64,000 nt of DNA from the NCBI GenBank assembly GCA_045598245.1, contig JAZLLQ010000035.1:5579-69578 (forward strand). The letters are read 5' to 3'. A program made the translations under genes and the position numbers. Positions 37,101-45,459 of the stretch are shown in pieces (positions within the stretch are counted from its first letter, which is position 1; every line of letters starts with the position of its first letter). The notes below the pieces were generated by a model. The model saw only the letters and a list, made by a program, of their open reading frames with translations. It was not told the origin of the DNA and searched no databases. The stretch comes from Candidatus Gastranaerophilales bacterium. GTDB lineage: Bacteria > Cyanobacteriota > Vampirovibrionia > Gastranaerophilales > JAILCC01.

Positions 37101-37651
37101 GCTATTCTGCCTTCCACAACATCAAGCTCTTTATTTGCCTGTTCAATCCTTCTGTCAAAATCAGCCACTCCTGCAATTTCATCAATAATTTTTCTTCTGT
37201 TCAGCGGACTTGATGCGGTGATTTTTGTGATTTCATATTGCATTAAAACATTGTAACTGTTTGGTGTTACATTGTATTTTAGCAGTTGCTCATGAATTTC
37301 AGTAAGTGAGGAGTTTTTATCGTTAAGTTGATATCCGCTTATATAACCGGCTGAAGTCTTTTTGACTTCACGTCTTACGGTCATAATGTCGTTATCACTT
37401 TCATCGGCAAAAGTTATTTTTACTGATGCTTTTTCTTGTTTTGAATTCCAGTTGATAAAATCTTTTAAACTGTCAACTCGAATACTTGCTTTAGAAGTAG
37501 ACAAACCCAGACAAAACAAAATACTGTCTATGATATTACTTTTCCCTGAACCGTTCGGACCTGCTACCGCAGTAAAGCCTTTCATAAACGGAATAGTTAT
37601 TTTTCCCGCACAGGATTTGAAATTTTCTATTTCAAGTTCTTTTATATGCAT
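34154..37651 (-). CDS. smc: Chromosome partition protein Smc
   Basis: MHIKELEIENFKS...GPNGSGKSN (Walker A), long coiled coils, a hinge, LSGGEKSLTALAF (signature motif) and YALDEADASLD (Walker B). Start is at Met15 of the track ORF. Confidence 0.95.
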   Translation of the reverse strand: MHIKELEIENFKSCAGKITIPFMKGFTAVAGPNGSGKSNIIDSILFCLGLSTSKASIRVDSLKDFINWNSKQEKASVKITFADESDNDIMTVRREVKKTSAGYISGYQLNDKNSSLTEIHEQLLKYNVTPNSYNVLMQYEITKITASSPLNRRKIIDEIAGVADFDRRIEQANKELDVVEGRIASSSIVLGEIDTRLEVLKEQKETAIKYQKLRDEKAKYESQKSTVKYFDIKNSLERVHENILETNKDKKQKEKELERADKELEDAKIKLHEISELVKQKGEAEQLRTKAQISDLNSNINTKRNSITFMNEQKEKNIESIKNSNVNIENLKDKIEEAKLRIDNKNDEIKSYEQNLEQEKENLEKVMQDIETTSSMSNESVKKRAELRTTLENKQDEENNILKEIFPLQEDIRRFERDLSDATEIINEFDKTQNEKLAEKDKIDVKIEELQKELKDYELTQKSLLSNLDNIKGKLNEAQRNIVLGAQNVAKLEAKQQTMAEMNVNRPVDFIMNSKIDGVHAPLAQLGNVDKEYETALEIAMGGRMANIVVEDEDVAGVCIDILKSSRAGRATFLPLNKIKRAPDNLNPPNINGVVDYAINLIDFDDDYYDAFYHALGDTLIVEDRMTAQKLIGKYRMVVLDGSLYEKSASITGGSVPQNRMKFSSSEDKELENCKAKLNEFQDEADKLMRKKDDIENKINMIRGDYSLATTELNKQIALRDNLVLTLDNAQKTLETKKLIIEEVTPKLDESKGKLENLEKQQTEIQNQIQKLQNDISEIEKAIPEDELAKLNDMSEAINTEISRYRTSILNAQGEIKNINNEIGFNEQAIELQKNQIEKLEKDNIDHEKNIKLTNEQIAQIEVQVNELQEKVKEIDEKLSELQAQRDIVQNEVLEYQNQKTNLTINLERIVESIEALKGRRKELEPELEQIRNELTEAGYQVASLQPVEISTEELEKAMARIEKKMQEMGDVNMVAIKEYDEYSQRKEELKTKLDTLSTEKQEIQLRMQGYEDMKKTTFLEAYTKINENFQKICTQLFDGTGSLVLEIPDDPLAGGLSITAQFRDKDEAKKLTGLSGGEKSLTALAFVFAIQRYLPAPFYALDEADASLDGINAAKLSKMIKEQSENTQFIVVSHHKSMIESASRTIGITQGKGITKVTGIKLSD

Positions 37652-37855
37652 ATATTTTATTTTTCCCAAGAATTTATATATAAATCTCCTCATTTTTAGT
37701 AAAAACTACAATGTCAATTTTGTCAAAAAAGTTAAGATAACGTAAAACTTTTTGTCAATGCGGCAAGTATCCGCATTTTTACAGCAGTATAGCTTTTTAA
37801 AAATAAATAAATTAATTGTATTCTCATCCAAACGGATGATATTAAATCAAAATGT

Positions 37856-37882
37856 TAAAGTTTCAAAAAAATATGCCGATAA
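37856..37882 (+). promoter_or_regulatory. Sigma-28 (FliA)-type promoter, exact consensus
   Basis: TAAAGTTT (37856-37863), an 11-nt spacer, then GCCGATAA (37875-37882). This equals the consensus TAAAGTTT-N11-GCCGATAA. Confidence 0.7.
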
Positions 37883-37889
37883 CATATAT

Positions 37890-37967
37890 GTGAGATGACC
37901 GAAAGGTCATATTCCAAACCTCCTCCCCAAGTCTAGTAGCCGTCACGAATGAGACGGCTTTTATTTT
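37890..37967 (+). ncRNA. Candidate sigma-28-dependent small RNA (~78 nt)
   Basis: 5' hairpin ATGACC-GAAA-GGTCAT (37895-37910), an unpaired CU-rich segment ACCTCCTCCCCA (37918-37929), and a terminator GCCGTC-8nt-GACGGC plus TTTTATTTT (37939-37967). It holds no ORF longer than 13 codons, and its terminator lies about 200 nt upstream of the next gene. Confidence 0.55.
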
Positions 37968-38174
37968 GTTTAAAAACAAATGTGTTTATATAATTGGTAT
38001 AACATTTGCACATGTTAGTTGATATTACTGCCGTATTTTTGCTTTTTATACTTTTGTTTATTAATTCGGAATTTGCAAAAAAGTCAATTAGCAAGTATAA
38101 TTAAATATGATTGTTATTTGTATGAATAACTTTTGTCTATATTGAAATAGTGAAAGGGTTTTTAGCAGTAAGAA

Positions 38175-39512
38175 ATGAGCGAAAGCGATATATCTGTTTT
38201 GAGTTTTTTATTGGTAATTATTTTGTTACTTACAAACGCTTTTTTTGTTGCATCGGAATTTGCTCTTGTCAGCGTAAGACGTACAAAACTTGCAGAACTT
38301 GCAAATGACGGGAACAACAATGCCAAAATTGCATTAAAAGCCGTTGGTGAATTAGATAAATATATAGCTGCAACCCAATTAGGTATAACAATTGCGAGTA
38401 TTGGTTTAGGTTGGGTCGGTGAAGCTGCATTGGTAAAATTGATTTTACCTTTATTTGATTTTATCCCATGGATAGATGCAAAGCTTGCAACGGCACATTC
38501 GATTTCTGTTGCCATTGCTTTTTCCGTAATTACTTTAATGCATGTTGTTATCGGAGAATTGGCTCCAAAATCAATAGCGCTTGAATACACAGACAAGACA
38601 GCTCTTTTTATAGCAAGACCAATGCAATTTGCCGCAACCGTTTTTAAACCTTTTATATGGATATTAAACGGACTTGGTAACGGAATACTAAAGCTGTTTG
38701 GGATAAAACCGGGTACGCATCACGCACATTCAACCGAAGAATTAAATATGCTTATTGATGCAAGTTATAATGACGGTGTAATTAATGAAACCGAAAAAGA
38801 TATGTTGCAAAACGTATTCAAATTTTCAGATTTAACTGCAAAGCAAGTTATGATACCACGTACGGATATGACTTGTATCCCTATTGAAATTACTTTGGAT
38901 GAATTGAAAAAGATTACATGCGAATCTCAATATACACGTTATCCCGTATTTGAAAATGATTTGGATAATATAGTAGGTATAATTCACGTAAAAGATGTTT
39001 ATGCTGCATCATTAACAGGCGAATTTGATATTGAAAAATTAATTCGTAAGCCTATGATGATACCAGAAACAGTAAATATCGATCGTTTGCTTTTGGATTT
39101 TAAAGAGCAACAAAATCAAATGGCTATAGTAATTGATGAATTTGGAGGCACTTCAGGTCTTATTACTCTTGAGGATGTTTTGGAAGAGATTTTCGGTGAA
39201 GTGCAAGATGAATTTGACTCTGATGAGGAAGAAGATTTGGTTCAAATTTCAGAAACATGCTATGAAGTTAATGCAATGATGCGAACCGATGAACTGTCAG
39301 AAGTTTTGAATGTTAATATTGAAGATGAAGACGTAGATACAATTGGTGGTTTTGTTGTAAAACTTCTCGGCAGATTGGCGAAGAAAAATGATATTGTTGT
39401 TTATGAAAATCTTGAATTTGTTGTTAAAGAAATTTCTAAGACAAGAATTACAAAATTGAAGATAAATATAATTCCTTCTACCCCGCTTGAAGAAAGCATT
39501 TCCGAAGAATAA
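38175..39512 (+). CDS. CNNM/CorC-family protein (DUF21 transmembrane domain, CBS pair, CorC_HlyC domain; annotated as 'hemolysin family' in many genomes)
   Basis: N-terminal SEFALVSVRR (DUF21), the IMIPRTDM CBS region, and the C-terminal IDEFGGTSGLITLEDVLEEI.GE motif. Confidence 0.88.
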   Translation: MSESDISVLSFLLVIILLLTNAFFVASEFALVSVRRTKLAELANDGNNNAKIALKAVGELDKYIAATQLGITIASIGLGWVGEAALVKLILPLFDFIPWIDAKLATAHSISVAIAFSVITLMHVVIGELAPKSIALEYTDKTALFIARPMQFAATVFKPFIWILNGLGNGILKLFGIKPGTHHAHSTEELNMLIDASYNDGVINETEKDMLQNVFKFSDLTAKQVMIPRTDMTCIPIEITLDELKKITCESQYTRYPVFENDLDNIVGIIHVKDVYAASLTGEFDIEKLIRKPMMIPETVNIDRLLLDFKEQQNQMAIVIDEFGGTSGLITLEDVLEEIFGEVQDEFDSDEEEDLVQISETCYEVNAMMRTDELSEVLNVNIEDEDVDTIGGFVVKLLGRLAKKNDIVVYENLEFVVKEISKTRITKLKINIIPSTPLEESISEE

Positions 39513-39610
39513 TCGGAATTACTTCTAATATGTTTGCATATTGGCAATTTTTGCCTCTAAAAATACTTTATTATTTTATAAACGAGATTAAAGCGATTAA
39601 GGAGAAGTTC

Positions 39611-40231
39611 ATGAGTGATTTTCAGATTTCAAGTTTACAAGGTAATCAAAACTTGTCTGCTCTGGCTCAAAAATGCGATGTAAATAATGACGGTATTCTT
39701 GATGATAACGAATATTCTATTTTTAGTGAAGGCAAAAATAGTCTGAATGAAGATCCCGGAGAAAATTTTTACAACTTCGGGAGTAATGATAGAGCTGAAG
39801 TTACAATTGGCGGAGTAAAATTCAGACTTGCTGAAGTTGATAAATTCAAGAAGAATAAAGAAGGTTCACAATTTGATAATTCTGTACTTTTCAAAAGCGG
39901 AATGATTATGAATTATGATGTTCAGTCAAAAGAAAATGGAGCTATTGCTTATTCATCAGAACCTACCTTGTGTAATCAAACATGCTCGGATTTCAGGAAT
40001 TTTAGCTCTGGTGACGGCTTGCAAATTTTAGGTTCTAAATATGATGACAGTATGTCTATATCAAATTCCAATGTTTATAATGTGATAGGTTATCAAGGTA
40101 ATGACTCAGTCTTTACGGACAATTGTCAGGGTAAAGGTCCCCACCAATTGTCCAATATAACCTCTGAAGGAAGTATGATTTTTGCTGAAAACTTTTCAGA
40201 TATCAAAAGTAAAGGACTGTATCAACATTAA
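39611..40231 (+). CDS. EF-hand/dockerin-like Ca-binding loop protein, paralog 1
   Basis: The RBS aaggag precedes the ATG at 39611. The loop DVNNDGILDDNE (39677-39712) fits the 12-residue EF-hand consensus. The protein resembles the next gene over its full length. Confidence 0.7.
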   Translation: MSDFQISSLQGNQNLSALAQKCDVNNDGILDDNEYSIFSEGKNSLNEDPGENFYNFGSNDRAEVTIGGVKFRLAEVDKFKKNKEGSQFDNSVLFKSGMIMNYDVQSKENGAIAYSSEPTLCNQTCSDFRNFSSGDGLQILGSKYDDSMSISNSNVYNVIGYQGNDSVFTDNCQGKGPHQLSNITSEGSMIFAENFSDIKSKGLYQH

Positions 40232-40588
40232 TAGCATATATTGATAATGTTGTTTATATTTATACTTTATTTTTAATGTGATGAAGCAGAAATGTTGTGC
40301 TTTAAAAAAGTTTCGGGTTTTCTGATTTGACAGTTAAGCCTGTTTTGGTTTATTGCACAGATATGCCTTGTGCTTGCTTTTGAATGGAGTAATTTCCCGT
40401 AAATATATAATATACCTGCTACCATGTATTTTACAATGATTTAAGTAATACAGGTTGAATAATATTATTCTCTTATTTCTTTTAACGAAAGCATTTCAGA
40501 ATTAATTGTTATTCAGGTTTGGCAATTTTTGCTCCAAAAAATACTTTATTACTTTATAGACGAGATTAAAGAGATTAAGGAGAAATTT

Positions 40589-41179
40589 ATGAGTGATTTT
40601 AAGGTTTCAAGTTTGCATGGTGATCAACAAAAATTGGCGCAAAAGTGTGACATAAATAATGACGGTATTCTTGACGATAAAGAATACTCCGTTTTTGAAG
40701 AAGGTAAAGAAAGCATGAAAAATGTCAAGCCCGGTTTTTTTAATTTTTGGGGCAAAGAAAAAACTGAGGTTACGATTGGCGGAGTAAAATTTGACCTTGC
40801 AGAAGTTGAAAAATTCAAGAAAAACAGTAAAGAGTCAAAATACGATAATCAGGTAGAGTTTAAAAACGGCTTGGTTATTGATTATGATGTTCAGGCAAAA
40901 GGAAATAAAGCATCGGCAAATTCCGATACTCCGTCTAAAAGGGGACAAACTCTAACTTCTGTAAAGGGTTTTTGTTCCGGTGATGGGGTGCGAGTTTCCG
41001 GCACTGATTATCATGAAGATATAGTTATATCAGATTCTGTAGTAGGCGGTGTAATAGCTTATGGCGGTGATGATTCTGTAGCTACAACCAATTGCAAAGG
41101 TTATGAGGGCGGAAGCATGATTTCTGCAGAAGATTACTCTGACATTGCAAGTGAAGATATTTATCATCGCGAAGAATAA
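40589..41179 (+). CDS. EF-hand/dockerin-like Ca-binding loop protein, paralog 2
   Basis: The RBS aaggag precedes the ATG at 40589. The loop is DINNDGILDDKE (40649-40684). It carries a GGDDSV RTX-like remnant. Confidence 0.7.
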   Translation: MSDFKVSSLHGDQQKLAQKCDINNDGILDDKEYSVFEEGKESMKNVKPGFFNFWGKEKTEVTIGGVKFDLAEVEKFKKNSKESKYDNQVEFKNGLVIDYDVQAKGNKASANSDTPSKRGQTLTSVKGFCSGDGVRVSGTDYHEDIVISDSVVGGVIAYGGDDSVATTNCKGYEGGSMISAEDYSDIASEDIYHREE

Positions 41180-41294
41180 CATATCTTTAAAATATTGATT
41201 TTATACTAATATTTTGTTTTATTTCAGATTAATATTTGCCTTTATCTATTTCTCTTATATAATAGAATTGTGAAAATTTTATAGGAGAAAATAA

Positions 41295-41471
41295 ATGAAA
41301 GTTACTATTTCTGATGATTGCATTTGTTGTGGTGCATGTGAATCAATTTGTGGTGAAGTATTTTCAATTGAAGATAAAGCAGTTGTAAACGAAGCAAATG
41401 TTGATGCTAATGCTGATGCTGTTAAAGAAGCAGTTGAAGCATGCCCTGTTTCTGCTATTTCTGCCGAATAA
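41295..41471 (+). CDS. Small [4Fe-4S]-type ferredoxin (58 aa), absent from the ORF track
   Basis: MKVTISDDCICCGACESICGEVF...EACPVSAISAE gives the pattern CxxCxxC...CP. The RBS is aggag and a strong terminator lies downstream. Confidence 0.8.
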   Translation: MKVTISDDCICCGACESICGEVFSIEDKAVVNEANVDANADAVKEAVEACPVSAISAE

Positions 41472-41490
41472 GAATTAATTTCTTAAATAC

Positions 41491-41526
41491 AAAAACAGAC
41501 TTGATAAAATATCAAGTCTGTTTTTT
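41491..41526. terminator. Bidirectional terminator (ferredoxin gene / SPFH gene)
   Basis: AAAAA-CAGACTTGATA-AAA-TATCAAGTCTG-TTTTTT. Confidence 0.9.
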
Positions 41527-41539
41527 ATTGTACGATTAT

Positions 41540-42337
41540 TTATTTTTGATTAAGGTTGATAAATGGAACTGAGTTGCCCATAGTGTATATGGGAAGTTTT
41601 CCGTCCCATTTTTGTACTGCTTCGTATTCAACAAGTGCTTTGTTTTGAGTCAATGCATTTGCTCTGATTGCCATTGACTTTGCCTCTGCTTCTGCTGAAA
41701 TAACTTTTTGTCTTGCTTCTTCCTGAACTTGTACTGTTTTGTTTTTCGCTTTTAATGCTTCTTGTTCAGCTGTTACTTTGCTTTCGATTGCTTTTTCAAA
41801 TGTATCCGAATATTTGATTTCAGTCATTTGAAAATCAGTAACATTGATGTATCTGGGTTCAAGTTGAGCTTGTAATTTTCTTAAAATTTCATCAGTTGCT
41901 TTTTCCCTGTTTGCAACTAAATCTTGTGCATTCCATTTACCGATTACATCTTTAATAGTACCTTCAAGTACCGGAATTAATACGACTTCTTCATAGTTTT
42001 TACCGACTTCTCTGTACATTTTGTGAACATTTTGCGGTTGCAAATTGAAGTTGGTAACATAAGTTATTCTTGCTTGTTGAATATCTTTTGTATAAACCTG
42101 TGTTGTAAAATAATCTTTTTTGGTTTTTACGTCCATTGTGTGAATTTTAGAAATAAAAGGTGTAACGATATGTATTCCTTCCAAATAACTTTGGGGTGAA
42201 ACTTGTCCGAGAGTAACTTTTACACCTCTTTCACCAACTCCGACAATTGCAATCGGGTTAATAACAACAATTAAAACTGCAAAAATAATCAATGCAATGA
42301 TTAATGCATTACGTTTTAAATTTCCTGTTTCATACAT
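41540..42337 (-). CDS. SPFH/band 7 (prohibitin-like) domain protein
   Basis: N-terminal TM helix, an SPFH core (GERGVKVTLGQV...), and an Ala/Glu-rich coiled coil. The RBS aaggag precedes the ATG at 42337. Confidence 0.85.
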   Translation of the reverse strand: MYETGNLKRNALIIALIIFAVLIVVINPIAIVGVGERGVKVTLGQVSPQSYLEGIHIVTPFISKIHTMDVKTKKDYFTTQVYTKDIQQARITYVTNFNLQPQNVHKMYREVGKNYEEVVLIPVLEGTIKDVIGKWNAQDLVANREKATDEILRKLQAQLEPRYINVTDFQMTEIKYSDTFEKAIESKVTAEQEALKAKNKTVQVQEEARQKVISAEAEAKSMAIRANALTQNKALVEYEAVQKWDGKLPIYTMGNSVPFINLNQK

Positions 42338-42669
42338 GATAATCTCCTTTTCTTTTTGTATATCCAAAGATTTTTTATTATAAATCTTTTATTGCTTTTA
42401 TTTTTTAAATACGTAATTTGTTTTGTATTTAATGAAATTGAATTTTTAAAAATTTTCTTTAACTTGCTAAAAAAATTTACTAATATTTCGTAATGTTCTT
42501 TTTGTTTCTTTTTATCAACACCTGTATATACCATAGCTATAAAAAGTAAAATGAAAAATGCTCCGAAAGTAAAAAATCCCCAAAATGTACTTGAAGAAAT
42601 AAAAATCAATATCAACAGATATATGATAAAAAAAATTGCTGTTAAAGCATATAAAGCAATTGTTATCAT
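42316..42669 (-). CDS. Small membrane protein (117 aa)
   Basis: Two hydrophobic helices and a basic tail. The start abuts the stop of the upstream 63-aa ORF, and the 3' end overlaps the SPFH start by 22 nt. Confidence 0.5.
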   Translation of the reverse strand: MITIALYALTAIFFIIYLLILIFISSSTFWGFFTFGAFFILLFIAMVYTGVDKKKQKEHYEILVNFFSKLKKIFKNSISLNTKQITYLKNKSNKRFIIKNLWIYKKKRRLSCMKQEI

Positions 42670-42861
42670 TTAGCTTATTCCTATCAAGCCAAGTGCTACA
42701 TAGAAAGCTATTATCATCAAAACTAAAATTCCAATTACGCTGAGAATTAACTTTCCATATTTTTGGTAGATATTAACACCTGATAAATAAGATAAAATTA
42801 TAATTATTAAATTTATAACTAATACAAATACAAATAATAAACGCAGTACAATCCGTGCCAT
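42670..42861 (-). CDS. Small membrane protein (63 aa)
   Basis: Two hydrophobic helices. First gene of the apparent SPFH operon. Confidence 0.5.
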   Translation of the reverse strand: MARIVLRLLFVFVLVINLIIIILSYLSGVNIYQKYGKLILSVIGILVLMIIAFYVALGLIGIS

Positions 42862-42939
42862 AAAAATATTCCGTTTAAGTTAACAAGATAATTATATTAT
42901 AGCTTTTATAAGCACAAATCATATTTTTATACTAAATTA

Positions 42940-43635
42940 TTAATTTTGTTTTTGAGGTTTTCTTCCGCAACCCCGAATTTCGTCACAATAACCTTTGATT
43001 TCACATTTTGGAACCAAATAATCTTTTAACCAAGGTTCTTCTTTTATGACCAAATCGCACATTTTTTTAACAAGTGTTCTGATTTCAAGTTGTGCGTTCG
43101 TACAAAGTCTTAATTGGGCAAGATGCATTAATTCTCTTAAATTCAAACTTACAATGAGCGAACTTGTTGTTGCATTAGGCAGAATTGCTCTTGCATCTTC
43201 TGCAGGAATACCGCTTTCAACCATTTTTGCATAAAAATCAGAAATAGTTTTCATCATTGATTTATATTCTTCGTTTAGTTCGGATTTTTCTATTGTCTTT
43301 GGAGTAACGTATTCAAATTCGCCTTTTTCGGTTACATAACGTTGAGATTTTTGAGAAAATGACATGTGTCTGTGACGCACAAGCTGATGAGTACATGCTC
43401 TTGATACACCACTAACCGCAAATACGAATTGACAATGTTCAACTGTGCTATGGTGACCGGAACTTAGGACTTTTTTCACGAGATTCAGCATTTTTTCTTC
43501 ATCACATGAATCTTCCCAAATTTTTACGGGATACAAAGCACTGTAACAGGTTCTGCAAGCAACGTAAATTGTTTTTAGAGTATGTTCAGGCTTGCTCAAT
43601 AAATTTACCATCGGGAAGTTTTCGTTACTCATCAT
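42940..43635 (-). CDS. thyX: FAD-dependent thymidylate synthase
   Basis: ThyX motif RHRHMSFSQKSQRY, plus SGHHSTVEH. Confidence 0.95.
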   Translation of the reverse strand: MMSNENFPMVNLLSKPEHTLKTIYVACRTCYSALYPVKIWEDSCDEEKMLNLVKKVLSSGHHSTVEHCQFVFAVSGVSRACTHQLVRHRHMSFSQKSQRYVTEKGEFEYVTPKTIEKSELNEEYKSMMKTISDFYAKMVESGIPAEDARAILPNATTSSLIVSLNLRELMHLAQLRLCTNAQLEIRTLVKKMCDLVIKEEPWLKDYLVPKCEIKGYCDEIRGCGRKPQKQN

Positions 43636-43706
43636 ATTCTCCTTCTCTTATTAAAACAGCTCACATAAAAGCGAGCCGTCCATAAACATAGTGTAAAATA
43701 CAAAAA

Positions 43707-43913
43707 TTATTTTTTTGCCTTTTCGTATCTTTTTTTGAATTTTTCAACTCTACCTTCGGTATCAACGATTTTTTGTTGACCTGTAAATAGAGGGTGGCAA
43801 GCATTGCAAATTTCAATTCTTAAATTTTCTTCAGTTGAACCTGCTTCTATTTCATTGCCACAAACACATTTAATTTTAACTTTTTTATATTCAGGATGTA
43901 TTCCTTCTTTCAT
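43707..43913 (-). CDS. rpmE: 50S ribosomal protein L31
   Basis: MKEGIHPEY...C.CG......ICN.CHPLFTG is the canonical L31 sequence. Confidence 0.95.
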   Translation of the reverse strand: MKEGIHPEYKKVKIKCVCGNEIEAGSTEENLRIEICNACHPLFTGQQKIVDTEGRVEKFKKRYEKAKK

Positions 43914-44025
43914 TTTCAGCGTCCTTTCACTTTTTATACACCATGTTCTTACATAATATCACAAAAAAATTTTTTTCAATACCGAAGTAAGAAGAGATTT
44001 AAAATACTTAACTTTTTATAAATCG

Positions 44026-45390
44026 CTAAAATTTATTCGTTATCAATGCCCAAATATCATTGAACACAATAAGAATCATAAGAACTATAAGCAACAGAAA
44101 ACATATTTTTGAAATGTTTTCTACAAATTCATCATTCAATGGTTTTCTCAATATTTTTTCCAAAATGATAAATAAAATATAACCACCATCCAATGCCGGA
44201 ATTGGTAATAAATTAATTATTGCAAGGTCAATACTAATCAACGAGGTTAACAATAAACCGTCCCAAATGCTGTGTTTAATTGTATCTCCGCCAAGTTTTA
44301 CAATGGCGACTATCCCATGTAAATTATCGGGAGAAACTCTGCCAATGACAAGTTTAACAAGTCCGTCAATCATAAGATATGTATTTCTTGATATGTATTC
44401 ATTGGAACGTAGAAATATATCAGCAATTGATTTTATTGGGGCATTTATCTCTGTAATTGATTGATAAATACCTATAATCCCGTTTTCATCAGGATATATG
44501 TCCTTTAGTTTTATAATTTTTCCGTCTCTTTCAACTTCTATTGACAAAGGGTGTGCTGTGTCTGCCGAAGCCATTGCGATTTCCCTGAGAGTGAACGAAC
44601 CGTTTGAAATATATTCATCATTTGAACAAATTTCTTTTGAAAGTGTCTTAACATTTTCGGATAATGCAACACCTTTTGGAACGGGTCTTTTCCTTAAATA
44701 AAAATCTTCGGGAATAGTTATATAGTCTTCGTTTATTGGTTTTGGAATGACAATTTTAACTCCTGGTGGAATTTTAGCGTTATCTATAAATGCAATTTTT
44801 GGGTTTGCCGTTTTTATTTTTTCCACTTGCATAATTATTTTTGAATCTTCAACATAGCCATCGTGTCTTCTGCTCTGATATGCAATTTCGGAAAAAACCA
44901 TAGGGCTTGTTATTTTTATTCCGTTTATGTATATAAGTTTATCGTTTTTTAAAAAGCCTGCATCTTTAGCGGCAACTTCACCTTCCTGAACGGAATTCAC
45001 AAGTATGTCATATTGTCCGGATGGTAATGAATGAGAAAAACCCGCAACGAAAAATACTATGAGATATGCAAAAATTACATTCATAATAACGCCGGCAGAA
45101 ACCACTATGAGCCTTTGCCAAGCAGGCCTGTTAGCAATCCTGTCAGGGTCATCAAGTGGAATTTTGCTTTCAGGGTCATCATCAGGGAAGCCAACGTATC
45201 CACCAAGTAAAAAAGCATGGATACAATATGTTATATCACCTATTTTCTTTTCGTATAATGTCGGGCCGATTGGTAAACCAAAACCGACTCTGTCTACTTT
45301 TATTTTTAAAGCTCTTGCAACGAGGAAGTGTCCCGCCTCGTGGACAATTATTAACAAACTTATTAATAAAATCATCTCTAATATGTGCAT
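44026..45390 (-). CDS. rseP: RIP metalloprotease RseP (site-2 protease, M50)
   Basis: HEAGHFLVA (HExxH), PDZ-like middle regions, and NLLPIPALDGG. Confidence 0.92.
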   Translation of the reverse strand: MHILEMILLISLLIIVHEAGHFLVARALKIKVDRVGFGLPIGPTLYEKKIGDITYCIHAFLLGGYVGFPDDDPESKIPLDDPDRIANRPAWQRLIVVSAGVIMNVIFAYLIVFFVAGFSHSLPSGQYDILVNSVQEGEVAAKDAGFLKNDKLIYINGIKITSPMVFSEIAYQSRRHDGYVEDSKIIMQVEKIKTANPKIAFIDNAKIPPGVKIVIPKPINEDYITIPEDFYLRKRPVPKGVALSENVKTLSKEICSNDEYISNGSFTLREIAMASADTAHPLSIEVERDGKIIKLKDIYPDENGIIGIYQSITEINAPIKSIADIFLRSNEYISRNTYLMIDGLVKLVIGRVSPDNLHGIVAIVKLGGDTIKHSIWDGLLLTSLISIDLAIINLLPIPALDGGYILFIILEKILRKPLNDEFVENISKICFLLLIVLMILIVFNDIWALITNKF

Positions 45391-45459
45391 TATTTTTCCT
45401 TTTTTATTCTTGTGTTTAAATATATTCTATCAGCTACATGAAAGATTACAAAATTTATT

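Noticed and set aside
37895-37936. 13-codon mini-ORF MTERSYSKPPPQV (with a PPP stall motif) inside the candidate sRNA
   Set aside because: It has no convincing Shine-Dalgarno, and the start codon is buried in the 5' hairpin. I keep it only as an alternative reading, a leader peptide, should ribosome profiling show occupancy.
37890-38174. Riboswitch or leader interpretation of the structured RNA upstream of the CNNM/CorC (Mg-transport-related) gene
   Set aside because: The terminator lies about 200 nt before the start codon, the element is far shorter than an M-box, and I could not match any riboswitch consensus I know. I treat it as a stand-alone sRNA candidate instead.
38162-38596. 144-aa minus-strand ORF opposite the CNNM/CorC gene
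   Set aside because: The plus-strand frame has clear DUF21/CBS/CorC motifs. The minus-strand product is a mirror-frame artefact.
39541-39556. Sigma-54-like TGGCA...TTGC element upstream of both EF-hand paralogs (also at 40520)
   Set aside because: The spacing between the GG and GC dinucleotides is about 2 nt shorter than the strict -24/-12 spacing, so it is unlikely to be an RpoN promoter.
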